Shown here piece after piece: positions 50,146 through 60,909 of a stretch of 64,000 nt of DNA. Within the stretch, counting starts at the first letter, position 1. Each line of letters begins with the position of its first letter. The DNA lies in NCBI GenBank assembly GCA_963663475.2, contig CAXXJV010000001.1, positions 800,001 to 864,000 of the forward strand, given 5' to 3'. The position numbers and the translations under genes were made by a program. Source of the DNA: Candidatus Cloacimonadales bacterium. Its GTDB lineage: Bacteria > Cloacimonadota > Cloacimonadia > Cloacimonadales > JAFGVF01. Below the pieces are notes generated by a model. The model saw only the letters and a program-made list of their open reading frames with translations. It did not search any database and was not told the DNA's origin.

Positions 50146-50251
50146 ACCCATGGTAAAGTAATTTAAAAATATAGTAATAGGTTAACTTGCAGTAATTAAA
50201 CAAGTTATGTATTTATAACTAATCAATATTTTCCCATTTTAAAGATTATTC

Positions 50252-50285
50252 TTGACAGAAAATAACATCCATACCGTTTAGTATG
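50252..50285 (+). promoter_or_regulatory. Promoter -35 plus candidate TetR operator
   Basis: TTGACA at 50252; inverted repeat CATAC-N6-GTATG at 50270-50285. Confidence 0.55.
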
Positions 50286-50317
50286 CTATAAAAAATAATA
50301 CTAAATAAAGGTGGAAA

Positions 50318-50935
50318 ATGGCACACAATAAAAGTGAAGCAGCAGAGACAAGAACAACAATAATCTTATCTGCTTTAAAGTTATTTTCGGAAAAAGGATT
50401 TGATGCAACTTCAATATCTGAGATTTGCAAGAAGGCAAACATCACCAAAGGGGCACTTTATTGGCACTTTAAGGATAAGCGAGACTTATATTATCAGCTT
50501 ATATCTGAAGTCATAAAAGAAATCTTAGGTGAATCAATGTTATTAATATCTGAAGAGAAGAGTCCTATTTTAAAGATGAAGAAACATCTAAACAATTATT
50601 TAACCAATATAGCTAATAATGAAAGTTATCAAGATGCTTATCGTTTAATGGTAAGGGAAATGCAGTTTGATCAGTTGGCAGATATTGAACAGATGTTAGC
50701 AAATATCAAGAAAGAATATGATTTTGAGTCAATTTTTCAAGCAGCAATAGATCAAGAAGAGTTATCTAATTTGCTTACGGCAAAGCAGTATTATGATATG
50801 TATGTACATATGTTTGATAGTATAATAATTAATTGGATTTGGCATGGTAAGAATTTTGATCTTCTCAAATGGGGAAATCAATATTTTGATTATGTTTATA
50901 GAGTAGATTTATTAAGGAGTAAAAATGAAATTTAA
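50318..50935 (+). CDS. TetR/AcrR family regulator
   Basis: ALKLFSEKGFDATSISEICKKANITKGALYWHFKDK. Confidence 0.95.
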   Translation: MAHNKSEAAETRTTIILSALKLFSEKGFDATSISEICKKANITKGALYWHFKDKRDLYYQLISEVIKEILGESMLLISEEKSPILKMKKHLNNYLTNIANNESYQDAYRLMVREMQFDQLADIEQMLANIKKEYDFESIFQAAIDQEELSNLLTAKQYYDMYVHMFDSIIINWIWHGKNFDLLKWGNQYFDYVYRVDLLRSKNEI

Positions 50936-52205
50936 GTATATCATACTTTTATTAATATTTCCGTTATTTTTAAGCGGATTAACACTGGAAGAGGCAGAGC
51001 AGATAGCTCAAGAAAACAATAAGGATATTAAAATAGCTCAAGAAGAAAAGGGAATGAGTTTTTCTAATTATAAGAGTATAAAAGGATCTTTATATCCTCA
51101 ATTGACTTTAAGTGGATCTTATGGTTTGAAGAAGACAGATGTACCAGAGATTCTACCTGCGGGTAGTATGGCAGAGAAAGAGATGCCTTTGAACACTGTA
51201 TTATCTATGAATCAGATTTTATTTTCTAGTGATGTATTTAATGGTTTAAAAGCAGCTAGAGTTTATAATAGCATTAATGATACTATGCTAGATATAACAG
51301 TTAGAAATGTTTTGTTTAAGACAAGAAGATTATTTAATAGTGCTCTTCTTAGCAAGCATGTTGTAGAAATTAATGAAGAAGCATTACAGATAGCAAATGC
51401 CCAGTATGAAAGAGTATCTAATATGTTTGAGCAAGGTCTTGTTTCTGAGTATGATAAATTGCGAGCAGACTTACAAGTCTCCCAATTACAACCTCAATTA
51501 CAGGAAGCTAAAAACAATTATCAGTTGGCCTTGCAAAGTCTGCAAAATCATTTAGGTGATGAAGTAGAGATTAAGGAAGTTGAGGGCCAATTAAGTGAGC
51601 CTAAAATGGAAGAGATAACTTTAGATTATGCTATTAAAGAGGGCTTAGAAAGGAGATTGGAGTTAGATGCTTCTCAGCTTAATGTGGATATCCTTGATAT
51701 TCAATATGAGAACCAGCTTAAGTCATATTTACCAAGTATAGCTTTAAACGGGAGTTTTACTAACTTTACTTCAACAAATGATTATGAAGTAGAAGCAGAT
51801 AATTTTGGTAATATCTATTCTTTAGGAATAGCTTTTGAGATGCCTTTATTTACAGGATTTTCTAATCTAAATAAAGCTAAAGAGTATAAGTATCAGTTGA
51901 AATCTGCAAGATTAGAAACATCGGTACTTTATGATAATATTAAGTTGGAGATTAAGAGTAATTATCTTTCACTAGAAAAAGATAAAAAGAATCTAGTAAC
52001 AGCTAAAAGGAATAAAGAGCTGGCTAGTCGTGGTCTAGAAATAGCTGAACAGATGTATGCTAACCAGTTAGGAACTTACTTAGATGTGCAAAGTGCACAG
52101 TTGACTTATAACCAAGCACAGGTCAATTATATATCAGCGGTTTATAGTGTGATTAATTCATACGAGAGCTTGCTTAATGCAATGGGAAAGAATTTTAAAT
52201 CTTAA
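50925..52205 (+). CDS. TolC family outer-membrane efflux protein
   Basis: LYPQLTL, QGLVSEYD, YLPSIAL, PLFTG. Confidence 0.92.
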   Translation: MKFKYIILLLIFPLFLSGLTLEEAEQIAQENNKDIKIAQEEKGMSFSNYKSIKGSLYPQLTLSGSYGLKKTDVPEILPAGSMAEKEMPLNTVLSMNQILFSSDVFNGLKAARVYNSINDTMLDITVRNVLFKTRRLFNSALLSKHVVEINEEALQIANAQYERVSNMFEQGLVSEYDKLRADLQVSQLQPQLQEAKNNYQLALQSLQNHLGDEVEIKEVEGQLSEPKMEEITLDYAIKEGLERRLELDASQLNVDILDIQYENQLKSYLPSIALNGSFTNFTSTNDYEVEADNFGNIYSLGIAFEMPLFTGFSNLNKAKEYKYQLKSARLETSVLYDNIKLEIKSNYLSLEKDKKNLVTAKRNKELASRGLEIAEQMYANQLGTYLDVQSAQLTYNQAQVNYISAVYSVINSYESLLNAMGKNFKS

Positions 52206-52215
52206 GGAGAGATTA

Positions 52216-53244
52216 ATGATAAAGAAAATTTTTATATTAATAGTAACTGCCTCCCTCTTTTTAGTAGTAGGGTGTCAAAAGAAAGGACAAGAAATTGAGG
52301 CTAAATCATTAGAGGCTATTTACCGAGAAGAAGGTATTCCTGTAAAGGTAGAAGAAGTTTTAGAGCAAGATTTTACAAGATACCAGACATACTACTCAGA
52401 AGTTTTACCTAGTAAAAGTACTCAGATTTTTGCTAAATATGAAGATCGTATAGCAAAGATTAATGCTGCTGCAGGTGATTTTGTTAAGAAAGGACAAGTT
52501 ATAATCGAGTTTAATCCTAATAACAGGTTCGGAATTAAAGAAACACAGGCAAACTATGACATAGCTTTAGCTACTTATAATAGAATGACAGAAGTATTCA
52601 AGACTGGTGGAATAAGTCAGCAAGAGCTTGATACTTATGAAACTCAGTTAAAAGTGGCTCAAGCAGCAATTGAGAATATTAATGACATGTTAAGAGTAAA
52701 AGCTCCTTATGATGGATATATCACAGAATTACCTGTTTCTGAAAATGACTATATTTTCATAGATACAGCCTTATTTACTATATCGAATTTGAATAGCTTG
52801 AAGTCTGTCTTATGGGTAAACGAAAATGATATTAAGTTTGTCAGAGAAGGAATGTTTGCTTCCGCTAAATGGAATGGCCAAGAGATTAGTGGTCAAGTAG
52901 ATAAAGTTGCAATGGCTATGGATGCTCATAGAAGAGCTTTTAGGGTTGAGGCTTCCTTTGATAATGCAAAGAGATCAGTAAAAGCAGGAGTAACTTCAGA
53001 AATCAATTTACTTCTCTATAAGAAGGCTAATGTTATTGGTGTTCCTACTGTAATGGTCAGAGAAATTGAAAGCAGTCCTTATCTTTGGGTTGTGGAAGAT
53101 AATAAAGCAGTTAGAAAGAATGTTGTATTAGGTCAAACAGGTAATGATTTAATCGAGATATTAAATGGATTAAAAGCTGGTGATGTTTTAATAACAGAAG
53201 GCTATCATTTAGTTTCTGATGATGATAAAGTAACTATCAAATAG
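52216..53244 (+). CDS. RND efflux periplasmic adaptor (lipoprotein)
   Basis: AAGGAG RBS, lipobox VVGC, GDFVKKGQ, KAPYDG, GLKAGD. Confidence 0.92.
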   Translation: MIKKIFILIVTASLFLVVGCQKKGQEIEAKSLEAIYREEGIPVKVEEVLEQDFTRYQTYYSEVLPSKSTQIFAKYEDRIAKINAAAGDFVKKGQVIIEFNPNNRFGIKETQANYDIALATYNRMTEVFKTGGISQQELDTYETQLKVAQAAIENINDMLRVKAPYDGYITELPVSENDYIFIDTALFTISNLNSLKSVLWVNENDIKFVREGMFASAKWNGQEISGQVDKVAMAMDAHRRAFRVEASFDNAKRSVKAGVTSEINLLLYKKANVIGVPTVMVREIESSPYLWVVEDNKAVRKNVVLGQTGNDLIEILNGLKAGDVLITEGYHLVSDDDKVTIK

Positions 53245-53262
53245 TTTAAAAGTGGAGAAATA

Positions 53263-56200
53263 ATGTTTTTATCAAAAATGTCAATAAATAGACCAGTCAT
53301 GACAACTATGTTCATTCTGGTATTTATCCTCTTTGGACTCTTAGCATTTACCAAAATGCCAATTGACCTTTTCCCTTCGGTTAACATTCCTTATGTGCTT
53401 GTTACTACCGTATATCCAGGAGCAGGTCCAAGCGAGGTAGAAACTCAAGTAACAAATATAATTGAGGATGAGGTTGCTACTATCAGTGGATTAGATAATG
53501 TGCAATCCTACTCAATGGATAATGTATCAACTATAGTTTTAAAATTTGAATTGAGTAAAGACCCCAAGGAGGCTAATCAAGAGGTAAAGGATAAGATTAA
53601 TAAGATAATTAACAGATTGCCTTCTGATGCTGAGCAACCAACAATTGAGAAGATAGAGATGGATGCTTTCCCTGTTATTGATTTGGTCCTTACATCTAAT
53701 TCTCGCAGTGTATCAGCTATCGAGTTATTTGAGTTAGCTGATAATTCACTAAAAGATAGATTTGCCAAAATTGAAGGTGTTGCGAGAGTGGAAATCAATG
53801 GTGGAGAAGAGAGAGAAATTAGGGTTGAAACAAATAACAGAATCTTAAAATCTAATAATATCTCTTTATCACATATTAACAATATTATTACAATGAATAA
53901 CTATAATATAGCAGCTGGATACTTTACTAATAAGAATACTGAAGTGTCATTAACTACTAATGCTGAGTTTTCTTCTATAGAAGACTTACAGAACTTAGAG
54001 ATTCCTATTAATGGTGGTTCTAAGAAGTTAAAAGAAATTGCTAATGTATTTGATGGTAAGAAAGATATCAGAAGTATTTCTCGCTTCTTTGATAACATGC
54101 AGAAAAGTCAATATGATAAAATGGTAAAGATTAGTTTGATTAAGAGTTCAGATGCTAATACAGTTGCTTTGGCAGAAGAGGTTACTAAAGCTCTTCCTGA
54201 ATTGAAAGAATCTATCCCTAGTAATATTGAATTAAAACTGGCTTATGACAACTCAGTCTTTATTCAATCATCAGTTAGTGACACAATTACTAACCTTATT
54301 TTAGGGGTGTTATTAACAGGATTAGTGCTTTTCTTATTCTTGCATGATTTACGTTCTACCTTCATTGTTGCCTTATCTATGCCAACATCTATTATCTCAT
54401 CCTTTATGGTAATGCAGGCAATGGGTTTCTCCTTTAATATGCTGTCATTAATGGGATTATCTACTGCTGTTGGTGTTCTAGTGTCAAACTCTATTGTGGT
54501 TCTTGAGAATATCTTTAGGCATAAATATATGGGAAATAGCAATAAGGAAGCAGCCTTGTCTGGATCTGGAGAAGTTACAACTGCTGTTATTGCTTCTACG
54601 GCTACTAACCTAGTTGTTTTCTTGCCTATTGCAGCTATGTCTTCCATGGCAGGACAGTTCTTTAAAGAGTTTGCTTTAACTGTCTCTATTGCTACTGTTT
54701 TCTCTTTAATAATGTCTTTTACTCTTACACCTATGCTAGCTTCTCTAATTTTACCTAAAGAAGAAAAGTTAGACTGGTTTGGTAGGATAATGGAGAAAAA
54801 CTTCAGATTATTTGAAGGTCTTTACAAAAAAGTTCTCACCTCAATTTTAAGCAATAGGGTTAAGCCAGTATTATTTGCTATTTTCATGACTCTCCTTCTC
54901 TTAGGAACCTTCATATTTGTTGCTCCTAAGCTTGGTTTTGAGTTTATGCCAGAATTTGACCAAGGTGACTTGTTAATTAATATTGAACTTCCTGAAGGAT
55001 CTGACCTTACACAAACTTCTCAGAAACTAGCAGAAGTTGAAAAAATTGTATTAACTCACCCAGAAGTTAAACATATTATCTCAACTGTTGGAAATAACAA
55101 TAGAACTAATGTTGCTAGTGCTGAAATCAAGTTAGTAGATCCTGAGTTTAGAAATATTACTACTTCTCAGATGAATCAGGTATTCATAAATGAAGTATCT
55201 CATATCACTAATGCTAAGATCTTCTGTAAAGGTTCACGTGGTGAAGATGGCGATAGCCCTATTCAATACTATCTAATCTCACCTGATAAAGACTATCTTG
55301 ACTCAATAGTACCTGAGTTAAATAAAAGAATGAAACAGATACCTGGTCTGATTAACTATAATGTATCTTTAAGAACTGGTAAACCTCAGCTTACCCTACT
55401 TCCTAAAAGAAAAGAAATTGCTGATGCAGGTTTGACAGCTTATGATTTAGCTATGGTGGTTAGAGGAGCTTCTGAAGGATTAACTTCAGCAGTTTATCGT
55501 GATCAAGGTGAAGAATATGATATTAGAGTAACAATGGATGATGAATTTGTCTCTACTCCAGAAGAAATCGGAGCTCTAATTATCAATGCTCCTAAGGGAC
55601 AGTTTACTGTATCACAACTAGCAGAGGTTGATTTAACCCAAACTACTAGTCAAATTACCCATAGAGACAAACTTCCTTCTCTAATAGTTACTGGGGAACC
55701 AGGAACTGGCTATCCATTAGCAAACGTAACTAATAAAGTTATGCAGGTGTTTGAGGAGATGGATTTACAAGATGTGGATGTTAAAGCTGGTGGTAATGCA
55801 GAAATGATGGATGAAACTAATAAGGATATGGCTCAAGCTTTCCTCCTAGCAATTATTTTAACTTATATGTTGCTAGCATCTATCTTGGAAAACTTTACCC
55901 AACCATTCCTAATTCTCACAACACTGCCTATGGCAACTATCGGAGTTTTCTGGCTCATGTTTGCTACAGGTACTACAATGAACCTCTTCTCTATGATGGC
56001 GATTATTATGCTTATTGGTCTAGTTGTTAATGATGCTATTTTGATTCTAGACTATACAAAACAGCTTATGGCTAAAGATAATCTATCTGCCAGAGAAGCC
56101 TTGCTTATTGCCTGTCCTATTAAGATGAAACCTATCTTAATGACAACTTCAGCAATTATTCTTGGTATGTTACCTATGGCCTTAGGTATTGGTTCTGCAG

Positions 56201-56328
56201 GTAAAGAGATGAGAATCCCAATGGCTATGGTACAGATTGGTGGTATGGCTACATCAACTATGCTTACCTTACTCTTAATCCCATCGTTATTTTTCTTAAC
56301 TCACTCTAAGAAAAAGAAAAGTAAATAA
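53263..56328 (+). CDS. RND efflux permease (AcrB family)
   Basis: 1021 aa; YPGAGP, SIVVLENI, PILMT. Confidence 0.95.
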   Translation: MFLSKMSINRPVMTTMFILVFILFGLLAFTKMPIDLFPSVNIPYVLVTTVYPGAGPSEVETQVTNIIEDEVATISGLDNVQSYSMDNVSTIVLKFELSKDPKEANQEVKDKINKIINRLPSDAEQPTIEKIEMDAFPVIDLVLTSNSRSVSAIELFELADNSLKDRFAKIEGVARVEINGGEEREIRVETNNRILKSNNISLSHINNIITMNNYNIAAGYFTNKNTEVSLTTNAEFSSIEDLQNLEIPINGGSKKLKEIANVFDGKKDIRSISRFFDNMQKSQYDKMVKISLIKSSDANTVALAEEVTKALPELKESIPSNIELKLAYDNSVFIQSSVSDTITNLILGVLLTGLVLFLFLHDLRSTFIVALSMPTSIISSFMVMQAMGFSFNMLSLMGLSTAVGVLVSNSIVVLENIFRHKYMGNSNKEAALSGSGEVTTAVIASTATNLVVFLPIAAMSSMAGQFFKEFALTVSIATVFSLIMSFTLTPMLASLILPKEEKLDWFGRIMEKNFRLFEGLYKKVLTSILSNRVKPVLFAIFMTLLLLGTFIFVAPKLGFEFMPEFDQGDLLINIELPEGSDLTQTSQKLAEVEKIVLTHPEVKHIISTVGNNNRTNVASAEIKLVDPEFRNITTSQMNQVFINEVSHITNAKIFCKGSRGEDGDSPIQYYLISPDKDYLDSIVPELNKRMKQIPGLINYNVSLRTGKPQLTLLPKRKEIADAGLTAYDLAMVVRGASEGLTSAVYRDQGEEYDIRVTMDDEFVSTPEEIGALIINAPKGQFTVSQLAEVDLTQTTSQITHRDKLPSLIVTGEPGTGYPLANVTNKVMQVFEEMDLQDVDVKAGGNAEMMDETNKDMAQAFLLAIILTYMLLASILENFTQPFLILTTLPMATIGVFWLMFATGTTMNLFSMMAIIMLIGLVVNDAILILDYTKQLMAKDNLSAREALLIACPIKMKPILMTTSAIILGMLPMALGIGSAGKEMRIPMAMVQIGGMATSTMLTLLLIPSLFFLTHSKKKKSK

Positions 56329-56352
56329 ACTAAATAAACTAAATAATAAAAC

Positions 56353-56386
56353 AGCCGGTTAGTTATTGCTATCCGGCTTGTATTTT
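56353..56386 (+). terminator. Terminator-like hairpin
   Basis: AGCCGG...CCGGCT followed by TGTATTTT. Confidence 0.6.
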
Positions 56387-56397
56387 GGAAGTAAATT

Positions 56398-57276
56398 ATG
56401 AATAAAACTCAGCTATGTAATATCTGCCCTCATGCATGTAATGTTGATAGAATAGACAGCCTAGGCTACTGTCAAGCACCTGCTAAACTTAGATATAATC
56501 TAGCCCAGCTTCACTTTGGGGAAGAACCCTTCTTGGTTGGTGAATCAGGAAGTGGCACAATTTTCTTTTCTCACTGTAATCTGTCCTGTTCTTATTGCCA
56601 GAATTGGGAAATATCAGCCTTGGGGAGAGGGCAGGACCATAAGCCAGAAGACTTACTGGAAACAATGTTTTCTCTTAAAGACAAGGGGGCGGTCAATATT
56701 AATTTAGTTTCTCCAACTCCGTATAGTGACTTGCTAATCCCTATTTTGCAAGAGAGTAAAAAACAAGGACTTAATCTTCCAATTGTCTGGAATACTAATT
56801 CTTATGAATCTCTGGAGACTTTGAGAAAACTAGAAGGATTAGTTGATATTTACTTGGCAGATTTCCGCTATTGGTCTAATGAAAACTCTTTAATTTACTC
56901 AGGTGTTACTAATTACCGTCAGTTTGCTAGTCAAGCTATAAAGGAGATGGTAAGGCAGACAGGTCTACTTAAACTTGATGAAGGACTAGCTTGGATGGGA
57001 ACTTTAATCAGGATTCTAGTCCTGCCCAATAATATTACTGGCACAAAGTCTATATTACAGTGGATAGCTGATAACTTGGGTACTGATATGACCATAAGTC
57101 TAATGTCTCAATATTATCCTACCTATAAGAGCAAAGATTTCCCTGAGTTAAACAGGATTATTACTCCTGAAGAATATTCTCAAGCTGTTAAAGAATTAGA
57201 AAGATTAGGCTTTTCTAATTATCTCTTACAAGAACTAAACCCTTCTGCAGACTGGACTCCTGATTTTAACTTATAA
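56398..57276 (+). CDS. Radical SAM protein, PflX-like
   Basis: CNICPHAC, HFGEEP, GSGTIFFSHCNLSCSYCQN, MSQYYP. Confidence 0.88.
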   Translation: MNKTQLCNICPHACNVDRIDSLGYCQAPAKLRYNLAQLHFGEEPFLVGESGSGTIFFSHCNLSCSYCQNWEISALGRGQDHKPEDLLETMFSLKDKGAVNINLVSPTPYSDLLIPILQESKKQGLNLPIVWNTNSYESLETLRKLEGLVDIYLADFRYWSNENSLIYSGVTNYRQFASQAIKEMVRQTGLLKLDEGLAWMGTLIRILVLPNNITGTKSILQWIADNLGTDMTISLMSQYYPTYKSKDFPELNRIITPEEYSQAVKELERLGFSNYLLQELNPSADWTPDFNL

Positions 57277-57353
57277 GACCAAATCAGGCAGTAGATCTTT
57301 CGAATACGAGATTCTTTACTCATCTCGATAATTCTATTGCATCATTGGGATAA
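57274..57353. repeat. Degenerate family A copy
   Basis: CCAAATCAGGCAGTAGATCTTT...TCTATTGCATCATTGGGATAA, starting at the radical SAM stop codon. Confidence 0.6.
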
Positions 57354-57486
57354 ACAAGAGTAGTTTTTTATTTGCTACTTACCTGTAGTTAGTAGAAAAA
57401 ATATGATGTTTTATCACAGGTATTTACTTATAAGGCCCAATTTCTAGTTAGCTAGAAAAACTCAAAGATACCCTATTCATCCTTAA

Positions 57487-57547
57487 TCCTTCCTTTACAG
57501 TCTTTCGATGAAACTTGGACTTTCATCGAAAGACTGTAAAGGAAGGA
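57487..57547. repeat. Perfect palindrome, family B copy 3 (27-bp arms, 7-nt loop)
   Basis: TCCTTCCTTTACAGTCTTTCGATGAAA-cttggac-TTTCATCGAAAGACTGTAAAGGAAGGA. Confidence 0.95.
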
Positions 57548-58300
57548 ACAAGCATGCTACAAGAAGGTGAAGAGATTCTCCACTAAATCAAGACCTCTTT
57601 TTTTACTAGAATGGTTAGTTAGGGTTTGCGAGAAAAGTAGAGATTATTCAGCAAAATAGGTTAGAGAGTTTGCCAGTGAGTAATATAAATATAATATGAA
57701 AAATCGACTGTATCTTTCAGTTTTAATCTTTGTTTACACCTGTAACTATTATATACATATAAGTGAGTAGTTTTTACACAAGAAACAAAATTAGCCATAT
57801 TTGTCTCTCTGCTTTTCATCTTCTTATTTATGCTTTTCGCAATAGCTTATGAGCATTTCAGTAGAAAGATTTTTAAAAAAAATCATTTGTGGAACTAACA
57901 ATGCATTAGTATATGATAAATGATCTTTGAAAAATAGATTTTATAAATAAGGATTAAACCTAGATAAGGATTAGAATTTGTGAGAAGAGTATTTTCTTTA
58001 GTAGTCTTCATTAAAGACTAGTCATTCATCTGGGCTAAAGCTCATAACTAAAACTTAGGTCTCTTGTCGAGTTTTAAGATAATAATAAAGTTTAAGAGCA
58101 TTCTATGTAGTCTGTAGGGAAAAAGGGCTAAAAATAGATATAATCCGTATTGGCATAACAATAATTGGGAATGTTCCTAAGTGAAAAAAGTTTTGGAGAA
58201 TTATCACTCACGCTACCTCCTCAAAATTAACATAAGTTAATTTCACTTGCCAACCCAAGCATCCCAATTATTGTTAATGTCAATATTTTTTTACCTAAAA

Positions 58301-59200
58301 TTAGAGGTAGAAATAGGCGTATATGCTTATAAACAAAAGAGATAAAAGCAAAGAGAAGGAAACAATTGTCGCTGCAAATTCTCTATCTAAGTCTTCTAGT
58401 TCAGAAAAGATTAAGGTGTTAAAACCCACAGGAGCAGAAGCACAGATTAAAACAATATTAGAAATAGGATCATTTAAAGCAAGCAACTTAACAATTCCTA
58501 AACCCAAAAGGAAACCTAAGACCATTCTTAAGGAAATGACAGTCAAAGTCAATCTTACATTAGCAATTTTAGGGTGAAAGTAGATACCCAGAGCAAAGAT
58601 AATTAAAGGCATAGTAGGAGAACCGATATAATTTAAGATATCGATATGCAGAGAATTTAGATTAAAAGGTAAGAGATTTATTAGCAAACCAATAATGATT
58701 GCCCAGATAGGTGGGAGAGATAGCATTTTCTTAATAGGTAATTGGCCATTTTCATTTTTCCCAAATTTTATAGCTTGATAATAAGCAAAAAGATAAATCA
58801 TAAAAGAATTACCTAAATCAAAGAGTGAGTAATAACCAAAAGCATCTTTGCCAAAAAAAGCATAAATGAAGGTAGAAACAAATCCTGTATTAATAATTAA
58901 AGAGCCAATAAGAAAAGAACCTTTTCTCTCTCTAGGAATTTTAAGTCTTTTTACCAAATAAGAGGCAGGTAGAAAGGTGAGCAAAACTATAAAAATAGGT
59001 AAAATAATCAAATAGATAAGATTTAGATCAAGAGATAGATTAGCTAAAGATACTAAAGTTAAAGCAGGTAAGCTAATATTTAGAACTAGCTGCAAAAATC
59101 TATCAGCATCTTTTATGTTAAATATTCTTAATTTTTTACTAAGATATCCTAAGGAAAACATGATTAATACAGGTAAAATCTTGACAAAATATGGGGGCAT
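58301..59200 (-). CDS. AEC (auxin efflux carrier) family transporter
   Basis: About 10 TMs; LNISLPAL, NTGF, PPIWA, PLIIFALG, APVG; GGAG before ATG 59200. Confidence 0.85.
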   Translation of the reverse strand: MPPYFVKILPVLIMFSLGYLSKKLRIFNIKDADRFLQLVLNISLPALTLVSLANLSLDLNLIYLIILPIFIVLLTFLPASYLVKRLKIPRERKGSFLIGSLIINTGFVSTFIYAFFGKDAFGYYSLFDLGNSFMIYLFAYYQAIKFGKNENGQLPIKKMLSLPPIWAIIIGLLINLLPFNLNSLHIDILNYIGSPTMPLIIFALGIYFHPKIANVRLTLTVISLRMVLGFLLGLGIVKLLALNDPISNIVLICASAPVGFNTLIFSELEDLDREFAATIVSFSLLLSLLFISIYAYFYL

Positions 59201-59350
59201 AGAAACTCCGAATAATTTATTGTTGACACCAGATAAACAGATCCACAGAATAAGTAAAGTTTTTTGTTTACAGGATTTGCACAATATTAATTTAGGCTAT
59301 ATAGAATTAGAAAAATATAATTATAATAAAAAGATGATCCCGGAGGATTA

Positions 59351-60901
59351 ATGAGTACAGAAAAACAGATTACTGAACTACGACTTAAACGATCCCAAGC
59401 TGAATTAGGTGGAGGGCAGAAAAGAATTGATGCTCAACACGCTAAGGGTAAGCTTACAGCTCGCGAAAGAGTCAATAATTTATTAGATCCAAATAGTTTT
59501 GAAGAGTTTGATCTTTTTGTTGAACACAATTGCCATGATTTTGGTATGGAAAAGAATATCATACCAGGAGATGGAGTTATAACAGGTTGTGGAACAATAA
59601 ATGGAAGATTAGTCTATATTTTTTCTCAAGACTTCACAGTATTAGGTGGTTCTTTATCAAAGACTTATGCTGAAAAGATCTGTAAGATTATGGATATGGC
59701 TATAAAAGTAGGAGCTCCTGTAATAGGACTAAATGATTCAGGTGGAGCAAGAATCCAAGAGGGAGTAGATGCTTTAGCTGGTTATGCAGAAATATTTTAC
59801 AGAAATGTTATGGCCTCAGGAGTTATTCCCCAAATTTCAGCAATTTTAGGTCCTTGTGCAGGTGGAGCAGTATATTCACCAGCAATAACAGATTTTGTTA
59901 TGATGGATAAAAAGAACTCCTATATGTTTGTTACAGGTCCTAAGGTGGTAAAGAGTGTTCTTAATCAAGATGTTACCGTTGATCAACTTGGTGGAGCAAT
60001 GGCTCACGCAACCAAGAGTGGTGTTACTCATTTCGTAACAGAAAATGAAGAGGAAACATTATTATTAATTAAGAAATTATTAAGTTATATCCCATCAAAT
60101 AACTTAGATGATCCTCCTTATATTCCTAATGCAGATCCGATCGATAGAGCTTGTGATAGACTTAATCAGTTAATTCCAGAAAACCCAAATAAGCCTTATG
60201 ATATGCTTGATGTTATTCATGAGCTAGCAGATGAGAATGAATTTTTAGAAGTATCTAGAAATTATGCTCAGAACATTATTGTTGGTTTTGCTAGATTTAA
60301 TGGTTACTCGGTAGGTATTGTAGCTAACCAACCTAAGGTTTTGGCTGGTGTGCTAGATATCAATGCTTCAGCTAAGGCAGCTAGATTTATTAGATTCTGT
60401 GATTCTTTCAATATCCCATTATTAGTCCTTGAAGATGTTCCAGGTTTCTTACCAGGACCTAACCAAGAGCACAATGGAATCATTAAACACGGTGCTAAAC
60501 TTCTTTACGCTTTCGCCGAAGCTACAGTACCAAAAATTACCCTTATCTTAAGAAAAGCTTACGGTGGTGCTTACTGTGTTATGAACAGTCGTCACATGCG
60601 AGCAGATATGGTATATGCTTGGCCATCAGCTGAGATTGCAGTTATGGGACCAGGTGGAGCTGTGGAAGTAATCTTTAGAAAAGAAGCAATGGCTTCAGAT
60701 GACCCTAAAGCAGCTCTTAAAAAGAGAGAGGATGAGTACAGAGATAAATTTGCTAATCCTTATAATGCTGCTAAGAAAGGTTATATTGATGATATTATTG
60801 AACCAAGTAGGTCAAGATTTAGAATTATCAGAACTTTAGAAATGTTGGCAAATAAGAAAGATTCAATTCCTCCACGTAAGCATGGAAATATTCCTTTATA
60901 G
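59351..60901 (+). CDS. mmdA: Acyl-CoA carboxyltransferase, methylmalonyl-CoA decarboxylase alpha-like
   Basis: [50 protein letters not shown]. Confidence 0.88.
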   Translation: MSTEKQITELRLKRSQAELGGGQKRIDAQHAKGKLTARERVNNLLDPNSFEEFDLFVEHNCHDFGMEKNIIPGDGVITGCGTINGRLVYIFSQDFTVLGGSLSKTYAEKICKIMDMAIKVGAPVIGLNDSGGARIQEGVDALAGYAEIFYRNVMASGVIPQISAILGPCAGGAVYSPAITDFVMMDKKNSYMFVTGPKVVKSVLNQDVTVDQLGGAMAHATKSGVTHFVTENEEETLLLIKKLLSYIPSNNLDDPPYIPNADPIDRACDRLNQLIPENPNKPYDMLDVIHELADENEFLEVSRNYAQNIIVGFARFNGYSVGIVANQPKVLAGVLDINASAKAARFIRFCDSFNIPLLVLEDVPGFLPGPNQEHNGIIKHGAKLLYAFAEATVPKITLILRKAYGGAYCVMNSRHMRADMVYAWPSAEIAVMGPGGAVEVIFRKEAMASDDPKAALKKREDEYRDKFANPYNAAKKGYIDDIIEPSRSRFRIIRTLEMLANKKDSIPPRKHGNIPL

Positions 60902-60909
60902 GGGAAGAT

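Noticed and set aside
11001-57547. Families A and B as CRISPR repeats
   Set aside because: Copies are dispersed tens of kb apart, with no repeat-spacer periodicity and no cas genes
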